From Balanoglossus misakiensis (Eukaryota > Animalia > Hemichordata), in assembly GCA_040954595.2 (NCBI GenBank), contig CM082578.2, positions 16,228,998 through 16,292,997 of the forward strand: 64,000 bases of DNA, read 5' to 3'. The notes under the pieces were generated by a model. It did no database searches. It had not been told where the DNA came from and saw only the letters and a program-made list of their open reading frames with translations. Numbering within the stretch: position 1 is the first letter of the stretch; each line of letters opens with the position of its first letter. Made by a program: the position numbers and the translations under genes. Positions 38,644 to 51,849 of the stretch are shown here, one piece after another.

Positions 38644-39303
38644 ATGGCAAAGAACAAGAACTGCGTGTCCGAAATCATCATCCGGGTGATGAAAGAGAAT
38701 GACGTAGAGGCATCGACCCGACTGCTGGCCGACGCCTTCACTGGTCGGGAACCACTCACAGTGTGCCTGGGCATCAAAACCAAAGACGACATAGCGTACG
38801 CCAAACGCATCTGTGAGCGGGCCGCTCAAGACGGGGTCTCGATGGTTGCCGAGGATACGACGAGAAAGAAAATCGTTGGCGTGGCGACAACGTTCACTAT
38901 GAGGGAACAAGCCGAAGACGACGTGATTAAACCGCTGCGCGTTTTCAGGCCTATCCACGCTCTGCTCAATCGCCTGGTCCGATGTTTCACCAAGCACCCA
39001 GACTACGGGAATATCCCGCTGTCAAAGATTGCCCAGTTTATTCGACTGGCCGTCCATCCGGATTACACTGGTCGTGGTATCGCCACCATGTTGAGGGAAA
39101 CCAACGCCCGACTGGCGGAGAGCAAAGGCTTTCGCATGGCCATCGCCACGGCAACGGCCCCAGCCACGCACAAGATGTACGCAAAGCTGGGTTTCGTCGA
39201 ACTGCACGAGATACGCTATGGGGAGTTTGAGTTTGAAAGCCGACGTCCTTTCGAAGGCGTAAAAGAGTGCAGCTCTGCAAAGCTTTTCATCAAGCCATTA
39301 TAA
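38644..39303 (+). CDS. GNAT-family N-acetyltransferase, arylalkylamine N-acetyltransferase-like (219 aa, single coding exon)
   Basis: Uninterrupted ORF with LLADAFTGREPL (F...EPL motif), acetyl-CoA motif A LAVHPDYTGRGIAT and AT....HKMYAKLGF; splice acceptor cttacag about 30 nt upstream of the ATG. Confidence 0.9.
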   Translation: MAKNKNCVSEIIIRVMKENDVEASTRLLADAFTGREPLTVCLGIKTKDDIAYAKRICERAAQDGVSMVAEDTTRKKIVGVATTFTMREQAEDDVIKPLRVFRPIHALLNRLVRCFTKHPDYGNIPLSKIAQFIRLAVHPDYTGRGIATMLRETNARLAESKGFRMAIATATAPATHKMYAKLGFVELHEIRYGEFEFESRRPFEGVKECSSAKLFIKPL

Positions 39304-39887
39304 TTTGCTAGCCACTGTTGCGTTATTTATCGCGAAGATATGCGATATTTCGTTAATTTCACTCAGGCCACAGTACCTAGTGTAACCACAGTCAGGCCTG
39401 GGGCAGCGTCCGACAAAGTGTGCGGAAAACGCCACCTATAGGCCAAATTTATATTGCTGAAGTACAATGGTAGTGAAAACGTGGTGTACCATGTCACTGA
39501 GTTTTGTACCATCAGCTTTGGTTGACTGCGGTGGATTGCTGTCGAGTCGTTTCCAAGGACGACTACTAATGATTGGGTAGATTGTGGGGACCTGTGGAAA
39601 TGCCTATTCAAACAGAAATGTTCAGGGTTCCCATCTCGTATCTCGAAGGCAAAGACCGTGGCTGCTGTGTTAGATGAAGCATTTATACCATACGGTCATT
39701 TGAAGCTTTGGTTGAATTTTGTAAATATATGTACGTATTCTTTATCATAGAAAGACTTTGCTTATATATATCAGGCAGAGGAACCCGTCAAAGGAAAATG
39801 TGTCAGCAATTTGCCTCTATTATTCGCGGATAAGACATGCTTACTTCTATGTTACGCTTACAAACCTGTTACCTTGAACACTGCTAA

Positions 39888-40098
39888 GGGAGCCGTCATT
39901 ATTTACGGCCGGGGTGGGGGAATTTCTCTATAAACTCCAATATTTTGAGTACCCCCCCCCCCAGCCAAGCATGCGGAATCTGAGTAAGCCATCAGGAGGA
40001 GTCTGTCAATTTTTGAGACCCCTTTTCAGTTTTCTATTTTTTTGAGAGAACCCCTAGGATTGCTCCGACCCCCAGGCCGTTAAATAATGACGGCTCCC
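39888..40098. mobile_element. PIF/Harbinger (Tourist-like) MITE
   Basis: taa|GGGAGCCGTCATTATTTA ... TAAATAATGACGGCTCCC|taa: 18-bp perfect TIR with a 3-bp TAA duplication. Confidence 0.88.
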
Positions 40099-42219
40099 TA
40101 ACCCTGTCATGTACGCGTTAAATAATCATGTATACAGTAACTCATTTACTATACTTGGTATTATTAAATCAAAATCAGGAGACTAGTACTCTAAGGACTG
40201 AACAGTTTTTTTTGACATTCACGTGGAACTACGACATGACTTGCGAAACGCTGAACGCGGGGCATAAACGCGTTTTGCCGAGTCATTGCCCACAGATAGT
40301 TTATTGTTTATTCTGTGCATGTTTCAAGAGCGGTTGAGTGGAACGCACAGTCACAGTCGGCGTGCTGTGTTCATGAGTGGGAAATTTCCATCCTTTGTTA
40401 ATGTTTAGAGAATGACGTCACCTCAGTTCTATTTCATCAGAAATATTTCATCAGACGTAGAATTCAAAATTTGGGGGAAGAAGATTTCTCTAGTTTGAAA
40501 GTGATTTCATGAGCTTGACATTCAACCTTAGTAAATTACATTACTAGTCTATCCAGAGTGGTCAATTCTTGAGTGTCGACTTGCGGTGGCCGTGTGAGCA
40601 ATACATGCGACGAGAAAGCCGTTGGACGGAACTGCCTCGCTTTTTAGTCCTCTTGGAATGTGCCGATATATCGCCGCCAACGACGACCCTCTGTAAAATC
40701 GATGATTGCGTAACTGGCCTTCCGCACCGCAGTAGTTGCGAAAGAGCATGATGAAAGTCGGAGGGGAGTGCAATGTCGTCATGCATTATTAGCGCTAATA
40801 TCACTGTAAGAGTGTAATGCTCGACATAAGCACTCAGACTTCACTCCAGGCGGGTATATTTTCGACAACCGAGCAGCCGAGAGAAACAAGGTCGGGCATT
40901 GGGTTGAATGAGATCGTGTCACCGGAAAAAAAACAGATTATAATTTTCGACGGGTACGTGTACACACTGAGTGTGAGTTCTTCCACGGACTTGAGTAAAG
41001 TTTACGTACGTAATCAAAAGGTTAGTTGAACATTTCATATCTGTGCGCACATTTCCATGAACAGTCTTATCCGTTGAAATCGCGCAATATCGAGTGGCAC
41101 TTCACGAAAGTCGTACAACAGGTCAACGTTCTATAGTGGACTGGTCCGTGCTCTAGTTGTGTCACATAGTGATTTATTGTGATCAGTTTGTACACGGGCA
41201 GGAGTCGTAGCTTCAATCGGGTCGCGAGCAATCAACTAATGTTTCCACCCCGATATTACTACATGTACTTCCAAAATCTCTTTGCGTACACATCGACGGC
41301 AACCATCGTACGTTACATAACGCTCAATATGTCAAAAACTGGTACGTATACCTGCATTCAATTTATTTACCGGTAGGCATCGATAGGTTTGAAGTAGGCG
41401 TAGTATTTGGAATTCTACCATTTTACGCGTCCTTGTAACTATGGCGGCACATAGGGATGAACACAGTTTCTACTCCTGTCTGTTTAACAAGATTCTTTAT
41501 TTCTGAATTTAGAAACACCAGGCGACCCCTTCTCCACACATAAAACGTTACTGGTACGAGGTTTTTGATTAGGTGTATTCTTTTAGACTGGCTCTGCATT
41601 TACATTTCAATCTGTGCTCGCACGACAAGTTTAGACGAATATTCACTGATGAGATACGTTTCTATTTTCCTATTTTCGTTGAGATTTTATTTACACCAAC
41701 TGTCGAAAATAATTTGCTTGCCACCTCCAGAACGTGGATGTGCAGATTAAGCTCGTTGTTACCCGTGAGTGCGAATTTTTCGTTGTTTTGGCAAAATTTT
41801 ATCTTTTGAAAATATGCGTCGTCGGGATTAATTCAGACAATGAATCTGAAAAAATCAATAACTCCATATTTTACGGATGTTGCGGGCACCATCAAGTACT
41901 TGTTTCTTTTAAAGTGGGTGTAATTGTGTGCATGTACGTTGTGCGTGTACCTGACCTATTATGGCGTCACGTCAGTTATTTACATGTCAGAAGTGAACGA
42001 CTCTGTCCCTTTAACCGCAGGCTCGGAAAAATGACGCACCGAGAACTTGATCATGATTGTAGCCGTAATTTTTTTTTTTGGTTTTCCTTTCCAGTACAGG
42101 CCGAGAAGAGTTGTATCAAAGCAAAGTACGGGTTAAAGTTAACCATCAACTGTTGACCTGTTCTCGAGTGAACAGCCCGGAAGATATTTTGTTTATCTTG
42201 AACTACCAGGACTCTAGAA

Positions 42220-44379
42220 ATGAGTAAACCCAGAAAAGCTTTACAAAGGAAAGTGCTCGAGGCACCACCCGATGGAGGCTGGGGCTGGATGGTCGTAGTT
42301 GGCGCATTTGCAATCCTGTTCATCGTCAGAGGAACCCAGAACTCCGTTGGAGTTCTTTTTGTCGTCCTGCTCGATCATTTCCAAGAGGGCGCTGGTTCCA
42401 CAGCATGGCTGACAACTTGCTTGACGTCCCTCAGTCTCTGCACTGGTAAGTGTCGCACAAATCCGTCGTGTTGCCATGACATTTGCTAAATACAGCTTCA
42501 AATTGGCATCAGCTTGTGTCATGCTTACTCACAGATAGAGAGAGAAAGAAAGAGCCCACGTGTAAAGAGAGATTTATAATCAAATCAAATCAAAGCTATA
42601 TTTATAATCTATTCCAATCAAGTCCAATTCGACTTTCAGAGTCTATTCCCATGACCTTTGACCCAGTTACTATTTGTGTTACTCTTATTTCAGGGCCTTT
42701 TGCAGGTGCTCTCAGTAACCGCTTTGGACACCGACGGGTTGTGATATTCGGTGGACTTCTGTCAGCCACTTCGATATTCATCTCAACTTTTGCCACCAAT
42801 ATATTGTACTTAACAATAACGTTTGGCGTTTTGACGGGTAGGTTGAAATGCCAGGGTGCTGGGACCAAAACCACTCTTCTATTTGGAGTTCATGCATCCA
42901 TCGCTTCTTCTGGTTTAACAATCATACGGTGAAGTACCTATCTCGCTGATAAAACTAATAAGATTTTCATCATTCTGTTTGAGATACTTTATTTTAATTT
43001 TTCCCCAACAGGTATTGGCTTTGGTCTTTCGCGTGTTCCAGCTGTCGCCATGATAGGCCGGTATTTCAAGAAACGCCACGCACTAGCAAGCGGATTCGCT
43101 GCGGTGGGTTCGGGAGCAGGGTCTTTCTCCATGGCACCGCTTATGAGTCTTCTCGTTGACACGTACGGCTGGCGTGGTTCTTTTATGGTAATGGCAGGAA
43201 TAGCTTTCAATATCTGCGTGGGTGGTGCTCTCTTACGGCCGATATACTTGAAAGATGACGGCGAAGACACAGCTTCGTCTGAGTCTGGAAAAAACTTACA
43301 AGAATCTGACGATGAAGCCGGTGAGGTTGACGTCCTTCCACAAAAACAACGCGTGAGATTGTGCTCAAATTACCTCTCCACTGTAGCATCGCATTTTGAA
43401 TTAGGACTGTTCAAAGAGGGTATGTTCGTTACTCTAATGGTGTGCAATGTACTCGTTGGGTTTGGCCTGAACATTCCTACAGTTCACATTATCAAGAGAG
43501 CGGTCGATGTTGGAGTGTCGGAATCCCAGGCTCCCATTCTTCTCTCAGTCTTGGGGTTCACTATGATGATTGGAGGTTTCGCCCAGGGCTTCATCGTCGA
43601 CTGCTTACACCTGTCCAAGTGTAAATTCTTCGGAGCCGTTCTCACCATCTATGGCATCATAGTGTTATTCTTGCCGCTGGCTACAGACCTCGTCACCATG
43701 TGCTCCCTGATGGCTTTGATGGGTGTGGCGAGGGGAGCCTTCGCCGCTCTGAACTCAGTGGTGGTCCGGACTATCGTTGGACAAAGTCGATTCACTGTTG
43801 CCTATGGAATATCGCTTGCCTTCGTCGGTACTCCGCAGTTAATTGGACCTGTGGTTGCAGGTGTGTTGTATTTTTGGAGTAATTTGCAATGCGCTGTCGT
43901 GTTCTGTGTTATAATGATTCCATGGGTGCCCTGGACCACGGTCAGATGACAACACTGAAAAAATTAAGTTAATTTGCTGTGATTTATGCGTACAACACAA
44001 GAATGCCTCATTAACTCCATGCTTTCTGTTACACACAGGCTACATATACGACCAGACTCAAGACTACGCAGTTTCCTTCTTCTTGGGAGGGGGTACCATT
44101 CTGGCGGGTGGACTCATTTTCCTGACAGCCCAATGTGTGTGGGAGCGGATAAGAAAAAAGAGAGATGTCGAAAAATGTGCAGACGTGGAGGACGAATCGA
44201 CAGTTGGAGCAACTGCAGATCAGCCTAAGGATGGGTTGTACGTCTTGTTCGATCAAGGTTCCGGCGACGCGCTTGGTACGAAGACGACGACCGTTCTCTC
44301 GAAACTATCGGAAGACGATGACAGCGACTGCCCCGAGTGCGCTTATGTGGTGGATTTGGAGGACGGAACTCCACTGTAG
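42220..44379 (+). CDS. Monocarboxylate transporter (SLC16 family, MCT12-like)
   Basis: Exons 42220-42445, 42694-42837, 43012-43860, 44039-44379. Diagnostic PPDGGWGWMVV, GPFAGALSNRFGHR, GRYFKKRHALASG, YGWRGS, LLRP, GPVVAGYIYD. Confidence 0.93.
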
Positions 44380-45834
44380 GGAAACTTGTATAAAAAACGC
44401 AAGGTCGTCTGTTTCAACCACGAGTAATACATTGGAACCAGGCTGTACGTTTAATATATATAGACCAACGTCCAGATTGACTGTCGTGTCAGAATGTGGG
44501 CAGCCTTATCCCTCGCTTGATAATCCTCAGCTGATGTAAAGTCTCCATGCGACAGGCAAGGGAGATGTTCTGGGTATGGAAGCACCGAATCTGGCGAACG
44601 ATTGGTTCGCACTTCACCTTCTTTAGCTTAGCATCCTTTTATGGGTGTGTTTGTTGTCTTTCGTATAAAAAAGACACTTCAGCGTTGCATGCTGATATTT
44701 TCAAGAATTTTATAAATTCAGAATTTTATTTAATTCATTTACATGGAATAAAATAATTTTATAAAGTGTATCTTATTTATGTGTCGTCAATTTTTTTGTA
44801 TTTGATTCTAAGATACTGATTTTGCTGTATCATCTATGTAAAACTTCTGTAACTCTCCTTGCATGTGGGCCGGAGGCCTTGAAACGCAATAAACGAACCC
44901 GCCGCCATTTCAAATGGGTAAATGTCGTCATGCCCATCGTGACGTCACAGACTATGCTCTACGTCCACTGCACCAGTTCACTGACCGACCAGCGTGTGAT
45001 ATCATCGCATTGGTAAGTTGCTCTCCCCATGGTAGACTTAAAACTCATATCTTATATTGTCGTGAACGGTAGAAATTTACAAGTGCCGATCTCACCAAAT
45101 CACGTTCTTCTCCTGATCAACAAAAACACTCTGGGGTCTCTTTAATATCAGGAAGCTTGTTGTTAGAATAAATTGTTTTTTTCTATCTAAAAACCGACAG
45201 CGTATAGTTGGTACTGTCGACGTCGGTGTCATATGATTACTTAGTACTTCAGGGTACGTTATAGGTCATGTAGGATGTAGGTACCGCCATGATATGATAT
45301 TTCTAATCAGATTTGACGAGCAAACCGTCTGAGTGGTAGCCAGAACAACATTGCAAGATCTCTCGAAGCGTATAGGGTTGTCGAATTGAAAGGCCAGTTC
45401 AGTGTCTGGACGGCCTTCGTGAAGCCTTCATTGAAGACGAGTTTGTTCTTCAACTCCGGAAAGAAATCTGGCGATTCTTTTGAGCGTTTAAATTGACATG
45501 CGTGAAAGGTGAAACTGTTCTACAAACTACGGTACGACGCGTGCAACTTGCAGCACGGACGATGTGTCCAGATACGGGGACGTGAACAGTAGGTTTACAA
45601 CGTCGTCTGTTGTTGCATGTTCCCTGTCACTCGCGATTGGATGACATTGTTTGTCGGGTTACCTCATGCCCACATGACTTGAAAGAGGTCAGTGTGGGGG
45701 CGTTCCCAGGACAATGTTAGTCAGTTTCGACACCAGTTTTCGAAAAGTATGCTTGGATCTTGCTTCATGAATCAAAGTACTAGTATGTTAGTTTCGATGA
45801 TATAATATAAGTGTTGTGTGTGCACCTGCGTGCG

Positions 45835-45899
45835 GGTGTATGTATGTATGTATGTATGTATGTATGTGTGCGTGCGTGTGTGCGTGCGTGCGTGTGTGT
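45835..45899. repeat. (ATGT)n/(GCGT)n microsatellite
   Basis: Directly visible. Confidence 0.9.
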
Positions 45900-46075
45900 C
45901 AACCAAACAAGGTGAAAGAAGTGCAAATTTATTTTGCCATTCGTCGACCTCGCTTTTGCAAGGTCAAGCTAATGTCACAGCCAATAACACCAGGAAGTCA
46001 AGTGTGGCGAGTGGTCATTTTGTATTCCTACTTTATTCTCTGTCAAGCCACCATTGAAGCTAGTCTTTATCAGGC

Positions 46076-49000
46076 ATGCAGGATCTACAAATAGGAAAGA
46101 GAAGAAAATGGCGCGGGATGATGGCTGTTGCTGGTGGCATAATGATCCACATCACACTGGGTACATTTTACACTTTCGGTAGGTAAAGCTAAGATGTATT
46201 ACTAAACCTGGCCGATCAGGGCAGTACACACGAAAACACACACAGGCTGAATCCCGTTGCACTAAATGCATTTAGGTTTTAAGATCCGCCTAAACGTACC
46301 ATAAGAACATCATCAAACCATGACTTCGATCCCCAGTTTTGATTCTTTCTGTTTGTTCTTAATTGTAACTTCCAGGTAATTTGTCGCCGTACATGACATC
46401 ATACATTAGGGAACGAAGTAAACCCTCGGATCTTACGTATGAGGTAAGAACTAGTATATACCAATCCGAGTCCTCAAACAACACCTCCCCACCGCCATGG
46501 TGGTACAGTACATAATACTTATAATTCGGACCTATCTGACTGATTGTATTAGTGAATTATCTGGTCTGTATCCTCTGAGGCTCTTGCTTAATTTGCCAGA
46601 TGATTTCAAGCAGAGAGAAATTCAGACACAGAAAAAACCCCACAGCAATGTATAATACCATTGGCTCTTTTGAATTTATTGACAGATGTCGACATGGATT
46701 TTCGCAGTGGCAGGGGTAATGCAAGGAGGTTTCATGTACTTCGGCGGTCGACTCGATAAGAGGTTTGGCGCGCGTGTGTCCGTGCTGATTGGCAGTCTGA
46801 TCCAAAGGTACAACTTTCAAATTAATGAACACAACGCCGAAGGATGCTGTGCCGGGCATGTATAAGACACTGGACGACTGCAAGTTCATGGAACGATAAT
46901 TGATGATGAGAAGTTACTCGAAACAACTCGCTATATATTTCCATGAGACAGTCGGTGAATTCTCTAGAAGGCAATGAAATATTCTTTAAAGGAGGCCACT
47001 GTCTGTTACTTCTGGGTGTTTTTCAGTATTTTTGTTTTATCTATCATCTGCGTTCTTGTTCTCATTTCAGTACAGGAGTTTTCCTTACCTATTTCACCAT
47101 TCAGAGTTCGTTTTATCTGGTCATAATCTCATACGGGGTAATAGTTGGGCTTGGCGTTGCTCTGGCTTATGGACCAGCCCTGACATGCGCAATGAGGGTA
47201 AGTTGTGACGAAACAAAGTGTGTGTTCTGAAAGTGCTGACGATAAGCTCTGGAAGAGAGATGCAAACTGGGGCATGCAGGCATGTCGTGTCAGAATATCA
47301 TTCATGAATAAGAAGATACATGTTGTCATCAAGACGCATGTTTTCATGCAAAAGGATACAATTACGACTGCTACGCGTAAATGCACTGAAAATATGATCC
47401 ACAACATTAGACACCGCCAGTAAACCATTTTCAAATAACGCTTGTTGGTTTTAAAATTTTCAGTGGTTTCCAAAACATAAAGGTGTTGCTAGCGGTTTGA
47501 TAGTGGCTGGATTCGGTGGTGGCGCTTTCATATTCAATCAAGTTCAGACTGCATACATAAATCCAGAGAATTTATCACCCGTGGAGTCTCCGTCTGGAGA
47601 AAAGTGAGTACCAGTGATTCACAATTGTTCTGAAAAAAAAAATAAAAAAATAACACACCTAAAAATAAGATATGATATCAAAAGGTGATGTTGAAGCTGA
47701 TGTCAATTATTATCCGTACTCTCTACAGATTTTTCAACCAAGAGGAAATACTAGATAGGACGCCAAAATGCTTTCTATTGATGGGAGGTTGCTATTTAGC
47801 TATCCAGCTCATTGGATGCCTATTGGTGTCCGACCCTCCAACTAATAAAGTAAGGCAAGAAGGCAATTATCTGGTCATTTGGCCTGAACTCATAATATGA
47901 TTTTCCGTTCACTGTGAGATCTCGCGAGACTTAGTTAATTACCGCAGCAACGGGTTACTAGCCAAACAGTATCGATATTGATTTTCTGGTGTTCAGTAAC
48001 ATTTGTTAGCATTATTCGAAGTATATTTTTGTTCGCAACATTGGCAAGTTTGCTTGCTCCAAATCTGACGACGAACACGTCGACAGAGCTTGCAATGACA
48101 CGTGTTAAAATCAAACAGATTTTTATTATCATTTTGATACTGTGATTTTTTTGTTAAATACACAAGCATGTGTCCATCCAAGAAGAATTTGAGCCCGAGA
48201 AACAAGCTTTGGTGCCCAAAGAAGAGAACGAAGATTTCGATACGAGGTGGAGTGGTAAAAACTTAAAAACAAGAGACGTTCTTAAAACCAGAGCATTCTG
48301 GACGCTGTGGTTAACGCTTGTGTTTAACTTACAAACTCAAGTATTGGTGTCATCTCTGTACAAAGTAAGTTGCCTTCGGGTTGCAATTCAAAGAGGCTTG
48401 GGAAGGTCATTTCAACATGTTTATCTTAAAACTGCCTGAAAACTTTATCACTTATGAGAAATGTTTAATTAACCCTAGTAAAGACGTTGACATTATGTGA
48501 TTTTCATTTCAGGCTTACGGTCAGAATTTCATCTCAGATGATCACTTCTTAGCTCTCGTCGGGTCGTTTTCTTCTGTTTTCAACTGTTCCGGTCGTGTGT
48601 TTTGGGGCTATCTAGGGGATAGATTTTCATTTCGAGTAAGTATTAAGGCGATTCCATTTTCTTCTGTGGAGAGAAAGGATGTTGTAAAGAATTGATTTCT
48701 CGTAAACTGTGAACGTCATGTAGACCACATCCACAGTCCCTCCAAGGACTGTGTGCAGACTTGTAATTTGAGTCTTGTCCTCTGGGCTCTAGTTGTCTGC
48801 AACCGTCAATCCCTACCCCTGCTGGTCACCCCCTGGTTAGGGTTAAAGGTTGCGGAGCGCCCGCACACGACTAAACATCACGACACCACCATGTTGTCAT
48901 GCGTGCGCCCATTCCCCCCCCCCACCCCCCACCCCCGTGGGAAACCTGGCGAATGTAGATGTCAATCAAGTCTTTTAAAAAGAAACTGTGTTATATTCTC

Positions 49001-49736
49001 CTTTGCAGGATGCAATGTTGGTGTTAACTACAACAAGTGTAGTGTTTGTTTCCACGTTCATTGCCACGGAAGAAGCTGGCAAAGTCATGTTTTTCTTCTG
49101 GGTCTGTGCCATATTTTTCACGTTCTCTGGCAACTTTGCACTTTTCCCGACCGCAACAGCCAGGTACGTCACACATTCACTCTACGCGAACACATTAGAT
49201 TAGAATCCTTTGCAGACTTAATGGAACAAAACACTTTCGTCCAGTTACATGTGGCGTTCACTATGTAGTGAGTATTTTGTAAATGTCAGAATAAGTATAG
49301 GATAAGGTTGTCGTTGTTGAAGATCCCCCATTTTATGTTCTCATTTAATTGCAGGTCGTTTGGAGAAGAACACGCCGGGACAAACTATGGCGTCTTGTTC
49401 ACTGCTAGTACAGTTTCATCGGTGACTGGGACACTGACTGCAAATGTATTATCTAAACAAATAGGATGGGTCGGTCTGTTTTATTACTGTGCGGGCTGCT
49501 CTATTGTCGGTTAGTGTCAATATCAATTATATATTCTAGTGACAAGGACTCTCCAAAATTGGCAAATTTCATTGTGTTTCCAAATGGTGACAAGCACATA
49601 CTGTGAGACTTATTGTTTGCTCTCTATGTGCCAACGACAAGACACAAATCTAATGAGAAATCCATTTCCTTTATCAACAGGTGCTATATTAACATTCACA
49701 TTCAACGTGAAGACGCCTTCGGGGAAAGATATCTAA
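46076..49736 (+). CDS. MFS transporter, oxalate:formate antiporter (OxlT)-like
   Basis: Exons 46076-46178, 46376-46443, 46686-46807, 47071-47197, 47464-47603, 47729-47849, 48167-48364, 48513-48635, 49009-49163, 49355-49509, 49681-49736. Motifs IHITLGTFYTFGNLSPYMTSY, WFPKHKGVASGLIVAGFGGGAFIFNQVQTAYINP, FNCSGRVFWGYLGDRF, FPTATARSFG..HAGTNYG. Confidence 0.9.
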
Positions 49737-50336
49737 TCGCTCCCTACAAACGCACAAAAACGACGACGTATTATAGGACGTTAAGTGCATTAACCAACTT
49801 TATCTGAACAAACAGGAGCTTGATATCTGACATCACTTTGCTCGCCAGGCCCGTTGTGCCAATTTCAAAGCTCAAGCAAATTTGGGAAATGTTACACCCA
49901 ACTCTCATTTGGAAGAGACTCTTTGATCGACTAGCAAGCTGTACAGCTGATTATTAAAGTGGCAAAACATAGCTTTAAATATTTTAACGATATTATTTTT
50001 TTTCTACGTGTGTATTTACGTAAAATCGAATTTAATGATGGTCCTACTCCCGGAAAATATTAAAAAGCCACTGCATGACTTGTCAAGTCGACTTGTTTAT
50101 GCGATGGCCTAAACGTCCGTAAGTTTCCCTCGCACTTCCTTGTACCTCTTCAACTGAACTACTTAGTCACACAAACAACGCGGAAATAAAACGGCATGGA
50201 TGACACATGTGACCGGTCACAGTAACATAGCACGCATTTGAACCTTGAACCTTGGGTATGTCTGCTCTCCGATGTGAGACTGGCCAAATCAGGTGTGAGA
50301 AGCAAACCAAAAGGCGCCGACCTTCACCATCGATGG

Positions 50337-50390
<54 letters not shown>
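50337..50390. repeat. (CAT)n trinucleotide microsatellite
   Basis: About 18 perfect CAT units; source of the poly-M and poly-S ORFs in the track. Confidence 0.95.
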
Positions 50391-51496
50391 CTTTTACTAT
50401 CTGTTCATACTAGTAGGCCTAACTAGCCCGGCCTAACTTCCATGGTTTCATCCCCATCTGCAGTGACGAAATATGTGTAAGTAGACTAAGGGGTTTATGA
50501 TATCCAGGTGTATTAGATTTGCTACGGGCACATGATTTCGAAAGACGTCGAGGCTTGGGTAATCATTGGTCCATTTCCACCTGACACCTGAGTCCTCCAG
50601 AACTAGAACTGAGCGGAGTACATGTAAACGAATGGCGTTGCCGCTGTTGGTCACGTGATTGGTTGCCCTTGTCCTGCGCGCATCAGGCGTAGTCTGCATT
50701 CCCCAGTACTTCCGCGTACCAAAATATCACCTTCCGTCGCGCAACGCCTGGATAGTTCCCAGAGCAACTAGTGTCCACGTTACACCCTGTGACCGAAACA
50801 TGTAGATTTGTGTGTATACCGATCTTTAAGGAAATCGCGCTGTGAACCACTTTTTCGAGTATGGAATTAAACAGTCGTCGGCTAGTGAAGTGAATACGTT
50901 TAAAAAGTCGTTTGCTTCTGCGTGGGAGGTCATAAACTGACCAGTTCGTTGGCAAGGTAGGTTCTCATTATTGACAGTTCCTTCTAGTTTTATATACCCT
51001 GATAAATTGGTGCGTCATGTCAGTTACGTCATCAGTGCGTGTTACTCTTTACAACTTATTTCGTGTTTGAGACCAACGCTTTCGACATGATTGCGAAGAG
51101 TCCAAACGGGGAAAGGTCACGCCCGATCGGTCACAGCATGTAAACTAATTACGCTGTTATTTTGAGCCATGGCCGGGGATTGGAGCCACCATAGCAGCTC
51201 AAACGTTTTCAACATGCAAAACATGCACTTGAAACATAGTACCCGAATACATGTATACGCGCTTTAAAATTGCGCACATACATGCTCAGCACTGTAGAAG
51301 TTGGCCTTGCGGGCGCGACAAAAACGTTTACAAAGGAATGAGGATACATTACTAGTTTCCTTGTCGGCAGATAGGAGATCGTCATACGTTTGGGACCGTG
51401 GTTTGGGGAGTACCCATTCTATTACTGCGCTCAAGCTCGGTAATGTTCTCTAATTGAGAAGACAACATGCATCACGACAGGCAAAACAGTACAGAT

Positions 51497-51536
51497 CTCA
51501 AAGCACGGTCACGGTGCGCAGTGACCGTGCTCAAAG
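51497..51536. mobile_element. Ultra-short palindromic insertion (26 bp) with perfect 7-bp target-site duplication
   Basis: ctcaaag | CACGGTCAC ggtgcgca GTGACCGTG | ctcaaag: 9-bp perfect inverted repeat with CA..TG ends. Confidence 0.6.
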
Positions 51537-51849
51537 TTAGTTCAGTTACAGTTGTTGTCGCTGCTGCTACAGCATATACTTTAGAGAACAATGGAACCAT
51601 CCATCGACCCTCTCGCTCCGGGGTCATCTATTGACCTGGCCATAGACAGTTGAAAGATTGACCAAACTGTAGTGTGTGACACTATGAAGTAAACCAAAAT
51701 CTAGTCCACATAAAAAAATATGAGAGCTGCATTCCAGTGATCAGCTTGCATATCGTTATATACTTATTCTGTTAGTCTTCTCAAATGTTGCACAGACATA
51801 TGCCTTTTCTTTCACTTTGTTTTTCAGATTTCCACGCCAAAGGTAAAGT

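Noticed and set aside
50200-50300. tRNA-like B-box (GGTTCAAAT on the minus strand); similar B-box fragments near 27295-27310 and 36720-36735
   Set aside because: No cloverleaf can be built; at most decayed tRNA-derived SINE heads.
50167-50426. Poly-Met and poly-Ser ORFs
   Set aside because: Translations of the (CAT)n microsatellite.
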